Positions 21,344-30,187 of a stretch of DNA of 64,000 nucleotides are shown piece by piece (within the stretch, counting starts at the first letter, position 1; every line of letters starts with the position of its first letter). The translations under genes were made by a program, and so were the position numbers. The notes below the pieces were generated by a model. The model was not told the DNA's origin. It made no database searches and worked only from the letters and a program-made list of their open reading frames with translations. The DNA is from an uncultured Candidatus Entotheonella sp. (GTDB taxonomy: Bacteria; Tectomicrobia; Entotheonellia; Entotheonellales; Entotheonellaceae). The stretch spans positions 1,056,001 to 1,120,000 of the forward strand of contig OZ244252.1 in assembly GCA_965217185.1 (NCBI GenBank), in the 5' to 3' direction.

Positions 21344-23086
21344 TCAGCCGCTCGCTGGCACGACCGGAAGCACGATATGCGAGGGGTGCTCGGTGTCGTG
21401 GTGCACGGTTTGGCGCGCTTTGCGGAGCACGGTGTCTTGGCCGAAGGGGTGGCCGGTGTTCGGATTACGGTCAAATTGCGGGAAGTTGCTGCTGGCGACT
21501 TCGACGCGAATGCGGTGCCCCTGTCGGAAGCAGTTGCTGGTGGACCACAGATCGATGCGATAGGCATAAACGCGTCCCGGCTCCAGCAGCGACGGCGTTT
21601 CCCAGGAATCGCGGTAGCGCGCCCTGATGATGCCCTGGGCGACGTTGATCGCGGTACCGTCGGGATACACGTCGACGAGCTTGGCGGTGAAGTCCGTATC
21701 CGGCGCGTCGGAGGCGGCGTACAATGTCATGTTGACCGGGCCGGTGACTTCGATGTCACTGTCGAGCGGCGCCGAGGTGTACACCAACACGTCCGGACGC
21801 CACTCGACGGGCTGCTGGTCGCGCGGCCCCATGGACACCGGTGTTACGTCTTCGGAGCAGCAGGTGCTGCCGCCGACCGTTGGCACGGGTTGTTCGGGGT
21901 CGTAGGTGTAGCGGTCGGGCGGTTCCGCCGCCGGCGGCTTGGTGTCCAGAACGCCGTCGCCGAACAGAGAATTCGCGCCGCCCTGGCTGTGCAGGTAATA
22001 CGACACGTACGTCGTGCCCGGAATCGGCCAGTCGTCGGCCTGCCGCCAACGGTTGGCGCCCATGACGAAGACGTTCACCGGCGGTTCTTCCTCGATGCCG
22101 GTGTCCACATCCTTCAGCCAGTAGTCAAACCAGCGGACGTGCTCCGCCATCAGGTCGACCCGCGCCGCATTCCCAAAATCCACGTCACCCGTATGGGTGT
22201 CCAGGCCCATGTGGCCGCAGTCGTGAATCCACGGGCCGATGATGATCTTCTGGTGCTTCTTGCCCGGCGGGCGCCCATCCGCCCTGACCCCCATGAAATT
22301 GTTGAGCGTTGATTGCAGAAACACGTCGTACCAGCCGCCGATGCCGTAGGCTGGCACGTCGACGTCCGCATAGTGCGCCTCCACCGGCCGCATGTCGCGC
22401 CAGTAATCGTCATAATCCGGATGCGCGATCCAGTCCTGCCACACCTGCGAGGCGCGGCCCGCCTTGGCATCCATGGTGCTGAGCGGCAAATGCCAGTGCA
22501 ACGTGTTCAGGTGGTTTGCCGCGGGCAGCCACAGGTACTGTACCTGGTTCGTGCGGGTGGACATCTGAACGGCGGCCCAGCGCAGGTTGAAGGCGAGTTG
22601 GAAGGCGCCGCCGGTGTATACCCAGTTGTGGTAGAAGTCCGAGTATCCGACGCGCGGCACCATAGCCTTCAGAAAGCGGCTGCGCAGCGGCGCGGCCTGC
22701 CACTGGACCATTGCCACGTACGACCCGCCGGCGGTGCCGACGCTGCCGTTGCACCACGGCTGCCGACCGACCCATTCCATGGTGTCGAAGCCGTCCTCGG
22801 CCTCGTGCACGAACGGGTACCAGTCGCCGTCCGAATCCCACCGCCCGCGTACGTCCTGCGTTGCCACGCCGTAGCCGCGCGTGGCGAAATACATGCAGTC
22901 CTGCACGATAGCCTCGTTGTTATTGTTGTATGGCGTGCGGATGAGCACCACCGGCACCGGCTGGTCAATGGCCGGCAGGTAGATGTCGGTGGATAGCGCC
23001 ACGCCGTCGCGCATCGGCACCTTGACGTCGAAGCGCATGCTTACCTCGTGCACGGGTTGAGAAAGGCCGCCGGGAGCGCTTGCCAT
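21344..23086 (-). CDS. CocE/NonD family hydrolase
   Basis: PMRDGVALSTD, RTPY, QDVRGRWDSDG, GGSY nucleophile, GPWIH, SSNFPQFDRN. Confidence 0.94.
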   Translation of the reverse strand: MASAPGGLSQPVHEVSMRFDVKVPMRDGVALSTDIYLPAIDQPVPVVLIRTPYNNNNEAIVQDCMYFATRGYGVATQDVRGRWDSDGDWYPFVHEAEDGFDTMEWVGRQPWCNGSVGTAGGSYVAMVQWQAAPLRSRFLKAMVPRVGYSDFYHNWVYTGGAFQLAFNLRWAAVQMSTRTNQVQYLWLPAANHLNTLHWHLPLSTMDAKAGRASQVWQDWIAHPDYDDYWRDMRPVEAHYADVDVPAYGIGGWYDVFLQSTLNNFMGVRADGRPPGKKHQKIIIGPWIHDCGHMGLDTHTGDVDFGNAARVDLMAEHVRWFDYWLKDVDTGIEEEPPVNVFVMGANRWRQADDWPIPGTTYVSYYLHSQGGANSLFGDGVLDTKPPAAEPPDRYTYDPEQPVPTVGGSTCCSEDVTPVSMGPRDQQPVEWRPDVLVYTSAPLDSDIEVTGPVNMTLYAASDAPDTDFTAKLVDVYPDGTAINVAQGIIRARYRDSWETPSLLEPGRVYAYRIDLWSTSNCFRQGHRIRVEVASSNFPQFDRNPNTGHPFGQDTVLRKARQTVHHDTEHPSHIVLPVVPASG

Positions 23087-23106
23087 GGTGTTCTCCTTGT
23101 TGGGTG

Positions 23107-24482
23107 TCAGTCTTGCGCCGATTCGACGCCGGTTTTGGGCTGCGACAAATGTAGCGAAAAGGTGCTCCCCTGCCCCACTTCACTGGCCACGCTGACCTGC
23201 CCGTCGTGGATTTGGGCGATGTGTTTCACGATGGCCAGCCCGAGGCCGGTGCCGCCGCTGGCGCGGTCGCGCGCCTTGTCGGTGCGGTAGAAACGCTCGA
23301 AGATGCGCGACAGGTGTTCCGGCGCGATGCCGATGCCCTCGTCGCGCACGTCGATGCGCACCTCGCCATTCTCCTGCCGCGCCGTCAGCCACACCGTGCC
23401 GTTGGCGTTGCTGTAACTAATGGCGTTGTCCAGAAGATTGACGATGGCCTGCTCCAGCAGCGGGGCGTTGGCCTTGACGCGCAGGCCGGGAACGCAGGAC
23501 GGCACGGCCTCGACGATGGGTCCCAGTTGCACCTCGGGACGGGGAATGTCGGCGATCTGATTACTTTGCTCCATCCGTGACAGGCTGAGCAGATCCTCGA
23601 TGATGGCGTGCAGGCGGTCCGCGTGGGGGCGACGATCTCCAGGAACCGTTCCGCCTGTGGGCGGTCGTCCAAAGCGCCGTCGCGGAGGGTTTCCACGAAG
23701 CCCTTGATGCTGGTAATCGGGGTCTTGAGTTCGTGCGAGACATTGGCCACGAAGTCGCGGCGAATGTTTTCCAGCCGGCGCAGCTGGGTAATGTCGTTCA
23801 ACACCACCAACATGCCGAGGTCGCGGCCAGCGGCATCGCGCAGGGCGGTTGCGGTCACCTGCAGGAAGCGCTCCTCATCGCCGCGCAGCACGATCTCTCC
23901 CATGGTCGGCTCGGCCTTTGACATGGCGTCCGTGAGCAGCCGTTGCAGCCCAACGTTGCGGATGACTTCCTGAACCGTCCGGCCGCGGGCCTGCGTCGCC
24001 GGCACCGCCAGAAGCGCCTCCGCGGCGGGGTTCATGGCGATGACGTGTGCCTGCGGGTCCAGCGCCAGCACGCCTTCCTGCATACTGACGAGAATGGCAT
24101 CTTGCTCGTTGCGGTGCTGCGTCACGACACTGATCTGGTCTTCGAGCTGCGCCGCCATGTTGTTGAGGGTGGCGGCGAGGTTGCCCATTTCGGGGGTGTT
24201 GGGGATACGGAGCCGATGGGAGAAATCGCCAACCGCAAAGTGTTCGGCGCTCGCGCGCATAACCTGGAGGGAGCGGCTGATACGCTCTGAAGAGACCAGC
24301 CCTATGCCGGCGGCTATTGCGGTAAGTACAACGGCGCCGACAGCCAGGGACTGAGCGGGCCAGACGACGGCATTCGCACTGTCCTGTCGAGGGTAATCCC
24401 CAGTAAAGAATACCAATAAGGCCAGCGCCACCGCCGGCAGGTAGCTGAGAAACAATCGCCAGAAAATGGGCAGGCGGCGCAT
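23107..24482 (-). pseudogene. PhoR-like sensor histidine kinase, frameshifted at about 23625-23629
   Basis: HAMP, PAS and FVANVSHELKTP in one frame; NLLDNAI, DEGIGI and GGTGLGLAIVKH in another; the shift lies in a G5 run. Confidence 0.85.
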
Positions 24483-24486
24483 CGTG

Positions 24487-25173
24487 TCACTCCTGCAAGC
24501 GATAACCGACACCGCGAATCGTTTCGACAAGGTCGCCGCTGGGGCCGAGCTTGCGGCGCAGGGCCACGATGTGGACGTCGACGGCCCGCGTGGTGACACT
24601 GGAGTCGTCGCCCTGCGCGGCTTCGAGGATCTGGTTGCGGGTGAACACCCAGCCCGGACGCCGTGCCAGCAGATGCAAAATACGGAACTCCGTCAGCGTG
24701 AGTTGCACGAGAGCGCTGGCCACCTGCACTTCGTGGCGACCCGGATGAATCTGCAGGTCGTGATGCGTAATGACGGCGTCGTCCGCGTCCGGCTCGCTTT
24801 GCTGACGGCGCAATACCGCCTTGATACGGGCCAGGAGCACGCGCGGGCTGAATGGTTTGGTGAGGTAGTCGTCGGCGCCCAGTTCAAGGCCGGTGACCAC
24901 GTCGGCCTCTTCGCCTTTGGCAGAGAGGATGATTACCGGAATGCCCGCCGTGCGGGCGTCGTTTTTAAGCCGCCGGCAAACCTCCAGGCCGTCGACGCCC
25001 GGCAGCATCAGGTCCAGCACGACGAGATCGGGTGGCGACATGCGTACCGAGGCAAACGCTTCTTCACCGGAGGCCACGCCGGTCATGTCATAGTTGTTCC
25101 GGGTCAGGTTGTAGCGGATGAGTTCGAGAATATCCGGCTCATCGTCCACCACGAGAATCCGTACACGTGCCAT
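24487..25173 (-). CDS. OmpR/PhoB family response regulator
   Basis: VVDDE, LDLMLP, GADDYLTKPF, ETIRGVGYR. Confidence 0.95.
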   Translation of the reverse strand: MARVRILVVDDEPDILELIRYNLTRNNYDMTGVASGEEAFASVRMSPPDLVVLDLMLPGVDGLEVCRRLKNDARTAGIPVIILSAKGEEADVVTGLELGADDYLTKPFSPRVLLARIKAVLRRQQSEPDADDAVITHHDLQIHPGRHEVQVASALVQLTLTEFRILHLLARRPGWVFTRNQILEAAQGDDSSVTTRAVDVHIVALRRKLGPSGDLVETIRGVGYRLQE

Positions 25174-25188
25174 GCAACCCTTCCGCGC

Positions 25189-25572
25189 CTATAGCGATCG
25201 CCCCAATAGCAGACCCGCAGCGCCCATCACCCCACCGCCCACTACGCTGCCGACGACGTAGCTCAGCCCGCGCAGCGTGTGGCCGTTTTCCAGTAACAGA
25301 AGAGCATCGGCGCTGAACGTCGAAAACGTTGTGTAGGAACCCAGGAAGCCGACCGTCAGGGCCAGGCGCAGAGCGGGCGCCATGTCGAAGCCTCTGCTCA
25401 GCATGGCGATAATCAGACATAACACAAAGCTGCCGCTGAGGTTCACGAAAAGCGTACCATACGGGAACGCCGCTCCCCAACGAGTTGTGAGCCAAGTGTT
25501 AATCCCATAGCGCACCACCGCCCCGACAAACCCGCCGATTCCAATCCAAACGTACGTTGAGGCTTGCACCAT
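25189..25572 (-). CDS. crcB: Fluoride channel CrcB/Fluc
   Basis: GAVVRY, FPYGTLFVN, GFLGSYTTFSTF. Confidence 0.95.
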   Translation of the reverse strand: MVQASTYVWIGIGGFVGAVVRYGINTWLTTRWGAAFPYGTLFVNLSGSFVLCLIIAMLSRGFDMAPALRLALTVGFLGSYTTFSTFSADALLLLENGHTLRGLSYVVGSVVGGGVMGAAGLLLGRSL

Positions 25573-25623
25573 CGTCTCAGGCTCTCTTCAGCCGGGAGTC
25601 GGGTTGCAAAATCCCGTGCTCCC

Positions 25624-27438
25624 TCACCAACGACTCGGCCGCGGCTTTGTGCCGGCGTACAACAACCCCAATGCCGCGGCGCCTGCGATAAGCACGCTCG
25701 GCCGCCAACCGCTGAACAGTCCCTGATGACCGACGAATAGCAGCAGCATGGTGCCGCTCACCACCGCCGCCCAGCAGCCGGCAAGACCAAGCGCCGACTG
25801 GTTTCCGGCTGGCCGCGTGTCGGGCCACACGCCGAACGGCTGCACGGTATCCACAAACCGTTTCAGGTGCCCGGCCTCGGTTGGCGGCCCCAGCAGCATG
25901 CCCGCCAACAAGCCGGTCAGGCTGGCGGCTGTCACCCAGATCAGCCGCACCTCATACGGCGTGTCGGTCAACAGGGCCAACGCGGTGCCGACCGACAGCC
26001 CCGCCAGCATGGCGCCGATTTCTCCTGTGGCGTTCACCCGCCACCAAAGCCAGCGCAACAGCGTCGGCAGGCCAAGCGCAGCGCCCAAGGTGGCCATCCA
26101 CTTCCAGGCCTGGGCAATCGTGTCGATCCTGGCGCTCACCAGAATCGCCAGCAACACGAACAGGAACACCGCGCTTCTGGCCACACGCATTTGTTCGCGG
26201 TCCGAAGCCGCCGGGCGCAGCACCAGCCAAACGTCATTGACCAGATACGACGCGCCCCAGTTGATGTGGGTATCCACGGTGCTCATGAAGGCGGCGAGCA
26301 GGCTCGCCAGTACGATGCCCAGCCAGCCGGGGCTGAGCAGGTGGGCCATGAGAATCGGCCAAGCCATTTCCCGGTCCGACGCGGCGAGGGCAGCCGAGCC
26401 GTTCAGGCTGGTAGTCTCCTGCCCCAGCGGAATCAGTACCAGCGCCGCCAAGCCGACGATGAACCACGGCCACACGCGCACCATGTAATGAATCGTGAGA
26501 AACAGCAGCGTCGCGCGTCTGGCATCCTCGGGGCTGCGGGCCGCGTTCAGGCGCTGCATGAAATATCCGCCGCCGTCCGCCGACATGTTGGAGAACGATT
26601 GCACCACCAGGTAGAGGCCGAAAGCCCCGGCGCCGACGCCTACCGCTCCCAGCCATCCGCTGCCGGGGGTTGGGAACCAGTCCAGATACGAGTGGCCGGG
26701 GCCGTACAGGGCCGCCAATCCGTCCAGCAAGCCGTCCCGTCCACCGACCGCTCGCCACGCGCACACGGCCAGCCACGTACTGCCGAGCAGGGCCAGGCAC
26801 AGTTGCACCAAGTCGGTGACCACCACGCCGCGCAGGCCGCCGAGGCTGGAATAGCAGCCGACTACCAGCAATAGCACGACGATGGTCAACCCTTCCGAGG
26901 CGGTGCCCAGCGCGGTGCCGGTGGGCCATATGGCCTCGATGCCCGCCATGAAGCCGGGGAACCATTCCTGCCACTGGAAGAACGGCGATGCCACTTTCAC
27001 CATGGCGCGCAGCACCCAGCCGAGCACCACGCAGTTTTGCAGCAATTGTAGCCCGGCCCGGCACCAGCGCAGCGCGTACGCCGGGCGGCCGGAATAGCGC
27101 ACCCGGACCAGCTCGGCGTCCGTTATCACCCCGCTGCGGCTCCAGTTGGCGGCGAAGATGACGAACACGCCGGCGTGCACGCCGATGACCGGAATCCACA
27201 GCCAGTTGCCCGATAACCCCTTGTCTGCAATGATGCCGGTGATAGCCAGGGGGGTATCCGCCGCGAAGGTGGTGGCGGCCATGGAGGCGCCGACCCACCA
27301 CCACGGCAGGGCGCGCCCTGCCAGGAAGTAGCTGGTGCGGTTGCGACCGGCACGGCTCTTGAACGCCACCCCGACGCCCAGGGCCAGCACGACGTACAGG
27401 CCGATGATCAGCCAGTCGATGGCGTGCAGGGTGAACAT
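25624..27438 (-). CDS. Sodium:solute symporter family protein
   Basis: YFLAGRALPWW, SMAATTFAADTP, LAAFMSTVDTHINWGASY; many TM segments. Confidence 0.93.
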   Translation of the reverse strand: MFTLHAIDWLIIGLYVVLALGVGVAFKSRAGRNRTSYFLAGRALPWWWVGASMAATTFAADTPLAITGIIADKGLSGNWLWIPVIGVHAGVFVIFAANWSRSGVITDAELVRVRYSGRPAYALRWCRAGLQLLQNCVVLGWVLRAMVKVASPFFQWQEWFPGFMAGIEAIWPTGTALGTASEGLTIVVLLLVVGCYSSLGGLRGVVVTDLVQLCLALLGSTWLAVCAWRAVGGRDGLLDGLAALYGPGHSYLDWFPTPGSGWLGAVGVGAGAFGLYLVVQSFSNMSADGGGYFMQRLNAARSPEDARRATLLFLTIHYMVRVWPWFIVGLAALVLIPLGQETTSLNGSAALAASDREMAWPILMAHLLSPGWLGIVLASLLAAFMSTVDTHINWGASYLVNDVWLVLRPAASDREQMRVARSAVFLFVLLAILVSARIDTIAQAWKWMATLGAALGLPTLLRWLWWRVNATGEIGAMLAGLSVGTALALLTDTPYEVRLIWVTAASLTGLLAGMLLGPPTEAGHLKRFVDTVQPFGVWPDTRPAGNQSALGLAGCWAAVVSGTMLLLFVGHQGLFSGWRPSVLIAGAAALGLLYAGTKPRPSRW

Positions 27439-27553
27439 GGGGGACGGCGTCCTTGTTCAGGGGAAATTTCCAGGATTCGTGCTATGTTTCCTTGGTGAAG
27501 GCCAGCATAGCATACGTGCCATACAGGCAGAATATGGGTCGAGAGGAGAAGAG

Positions 27554-28144
27554 ATGATGAGCAGTGAAGCGGTTCGATGGGCCGGGTTGAATCATCTGGC
27601 GTTGGTGACGAACGACATGGACACGACGACGCGGTTCTGGCACGGCGTGCTCGGCGCGCGCCTGGTTGCCACCGTCGGCAACGAGTCGTTCCGGCATTAC
27701 TTTTTCGACGTGGGTAACGGTGCCACGGTGGCTTTTTTTGAGTACCGCAACCACGAGGTGGAAGGCTTTGCCAAACCGGCGGGGGTGCCGGACGCCAGGG
27801 CCATCCAGTTCGATCACGTGTCGCTCAACCTGCCGGACGCCGAGGCCATGCAGGCGTTGCGGCAGCGCTTGCTCGATCACGGCTGCGAAGTCACGGAGGT
27901 GGTGGACCACGGGCTCATGCAGTCGATCTACTTCACAGACCCCAACGGCATCGCCCTGGAGGCGTCGTGGTGGGTCGAGGACCCGACGGGCCAGACAAGC
28001 GGCTTGAACACGGAACATCATCGTGACGTGATGCCGGTCCCCGCCGCTCAGGAACTGATGGATACGGGCAAGATCGAGGACCTGCCGGCCACCCGCCTGA
28101 TCGACGCGCCGACTTCCGACGTGGGCCAGTTGGTGCGGGCCTGA
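27554..28144 (+). CDS. VOC/glyoxalase family protein
   Basis: GLNHLAL, FDHVSL, SIYFTDPNGIALE. Confidence 0.9.
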   Translation: MMSSEAVRWAGLNHLALVTNDMDTTTRFWHGVLGARLVATVGNESFRHYFFDVGNGATVAFFEYRNHEVEGFAKPAGVPDARAIQFDHVSLNLPDAEAMQALRQRLLDHGCEVTEVVDHGLMQSIYFTDPNGIALEASWWVEDPTGQTSGLNTEHHRDVMPVPAAQELMDTGKIEDLPATRLIDAPTSDVGQLVRA

Positions 28145-28156
28145 GCCGCCCCGTGA

Positions 28157-28738
28157 TTAACCGACCTTGTGGCGGTCGCGGGTGAGGTAACGCTGGAACT
28201 CGAAGCGGTTTTCCAGCATGTGGACGTCGATGTGATAGTTCGCCGGTCCCTGCGCCGCCACCTTTGCCACCAGGGTCGTCAATTCCCGCGCCGCCAGGGC
28301 TTCCTGAAACGTCTGGCGGCATCCCTCCACCGTGTCCACCGTGGCCGAACGCGGCACCCCCGCCGCCTCGGCCATTGCTGCAATGCTGCTGCCCGTTCCC
28401 GTAGCGGTGGTGAACGTCCTGCCTACCGACAACAGTGCTTCATTGTCAAAGACGACATGAATCAGATTAGCCGGCCGGTACCGGGCCATGGTGGTCAGGC
28501 TGCCGAGATTCATCAGAATCGAGCCGTCGCCGTCCAACACCACGACCGTCTCCTCCGGACGGCTGAGGGCGATGCCCAGCCCCATCGACGACGCCAGCCC
28601 CATGGCGTGCTCCAGATAAAAGAAGTTCGGTCGGTGCCCCAAAGCGTAGAGTTCCGACGCGGTGGCACCCATAATGGTAACCACCGCGCATGACGCCAGA
28701 TCGGGGTACATCGCCTCCAGTGCTTCACTGCGTAACAT
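28157..28738 (-). CDS. comE: ThDP-dependent sulfopyruvate decarboxylase beta-like subunit
   Basis: GDGSILMN...VFDN ThDP motif; paired with an alpha subunit. Confidence 0.8.
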   Translation of the reverse strand: MLRSEALEAMYPDLASCAVVTIMGATASELYALGHRPNFFYLEHAMGLASSMGLGIALSRPEETVVVLDGDGSILMNLGSLTTMARYRPANLIHVVFDNEALLSVGRTFTTATGTGSSIAAMAEAAGVPRSATVDTVEGCRQTFQEALAARELTTLVAKVAAQGPANYHIDVHMLENRFEFQRYLTRDRHKVG

Positions 28739-28755
28739 GACGTTGTCCTTCGTTA

Positions 28756-28786
28756 GTAGGTCGGATTAGTGCCGACGTAATCCGAC
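28756..28786 (+). repeat. GTAG-type REP
   Basis: GTAG-GTCGGATTA-gtgccgacg-TAATCCGAC, perfect 9-bp stem. Confidence 0.8.
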
Positions 28787-28797
28787 AATCCCCTGCC

Positions 28798-29310
28798 CTA
28801 GTCCTCCCACATCAGTTCACGGCAAAGCAGCAGTGCCACTGGGCGCAGCGCCGCGTTGGCCAGAGTCTGCGCCTCGCGGATGCGCTGGGCGACGTGGTCG
28901 GGTGTCTGCAGCCGTTCAAACGGCACGCGCAGGGTTTCCAGCAGCGCCTCGGTTACCATGCCGCCTTCCGTTTGCCAGGGGTGTTCCTCGCCAAACCCGC
29001 CCCGCAGGCTGATGAGCATCAAGAGCGGGATGCGGTAGAGCTGGGCCAGCGACACGATGCCGTTGAGGCTGGCCAGCAGGCCGTGGTTCTGCATCAGCAT
29101 GGCGGACGAGATGCCCGCCAGGTGAGCACCGGCGGAAATGCCGATGCCCTCCTCTTCCTTGGCCAGGCGTACCAGGGTCACGTCAGCGTCCGCTTCGGCC
29201 AATGTCACCAAGTGCACCAGCCAAGTTTCCGGCAGGACGGAAATCAACCGCACGCCGCAGTCCTTCAGAGCCGTGTAGATGATCTGCGAATTCGTTTCGG
29301 ATACCGGCAT
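28798..29310 (-). CDS. comD: Sulfopyruvate decarboxylase alpha-like subunit
   Basis: KEEEGIGISAGAHLAG, MLMQNHG, LISLRG. Confidence 0.8.
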   Translation of the reverse strand: MPVSETNSQIIYTALKDCGVRLISVLPETWLVHLVTLAEADADVTLVRLAKEEEGIGISAGAHLAGISSAMLMQNHGLLASLNGIVSLAQLYRIPLLMLISLRGGFGEEHPWQTEGGMVTEALLETLRVPFERLQTPDHVAQRIREAQTLANAALRPVALLLCRELMWED

Positions 29311-29441
29311 CGGTTCTCCCTTGTTTCAATCCTCACCGGCCTCTGCTGGCGATGCTGCGTCGTTGGAACGTCGGCGTGCTAGTATGGCCTCAGGCTGTCC
29401 CGCCTCGCCTCAGCAACCCCTGTCCCGGCAGGTGCTTCGCC

Positions 29442-30170
29442 ATGCTCGATTTTCCCCTGTGGCTCGCGGCTCTGGGCGGCGCCTTGCTGGCGTCGACGGT
29501 GACCACCATCACCAGCATCGGCGCGGGCATGATCATGTACGGCGTGCTCAGCCTGTTCCTCGATCTGAAAGTGGTGATTCCGCTCGTCGCCCCGGCCCAA
29601 CTGCTGGCCGTCGGACTGCGTTGCTGGCTGTTCCGACGTCATCTGCACTGGCGCCTGGCCGCCCTCTTCTTCCTCGGCGTAGTGCCCGGAATTTACGCCG
29701 GCACGATGCTTTTTGACGTCCTTGCCGAAGCCGTTTTGCGCCGCATGATCGGCGTCTTCCTGCTGGCGTTTGCAGCCTACGAATACTGGCGCGGCAACGA
29801 GGGCCGAACCATGCCGCACGCCGGGTTGTTGCCATTGGGCGGTGTGGTCGCCGGCGTGCTGCTGGGCAGCATCGGCATCGCCGGGCCGCTGCTGGCGGTG
29901 ATCTTCCTACGTTACGGCTTGCTGAAGGAAGACCTGATCGCCATGGTGGCGCTGTTCTTCCTGCTCGGCAATGCGCAGCGCACCGTGTTGTACTGGCATC
30001 AGGGATTCTTCGTCAGCGACCGGTTGGCGCTGGCCGTCGCTATGGGTTTGGCGATGCTGGTTGGCGTGTACGCCGGCCGCCTGGTCCTGCCGCACATCAG
30101 CCAGGCCTTCTTCCGACGCCTGGTGCTGGGGATGCTGGTCCTGTTCGGCCTCCAGTTTCTGATCTGGTAG
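29442..30170 (+). CDS. TauE/SafE sulfite exporter family protein
   Basis: About 8 TM segments; GIAGPL and repeated-half pattern. Confidence 0.8.
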   Translation: MLDFPLWLAALGGALLASTVTTITSIGAGMIMYGVLSLFLDLKVVIPLVAPAQLLAVGLRCWLFRRHLHWRLAALFFLGVVPGIYAGTMLFDVLAEAVLRRMIGVFLLAFAAYEYWRGNEGRTMPHAGLLPLGGVVAGVLLGSIGIAGPLLAVIFLRYGLLKEDLIAMVALFFLLGNAQRTVLYWHQGFFVSDRLALAVAMGLAMLVGVYAGRLVLPHISQAFFRRLVLGMLVLFGLQFLIW

Positions 30171-30187
30171 CATCTTTCCTCGCCCCG

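Noticed and set aside
25573..25623. Fluoride riboswitch upstream of crcB
   Set aside because: No recognisable motif in the 51-bp gap
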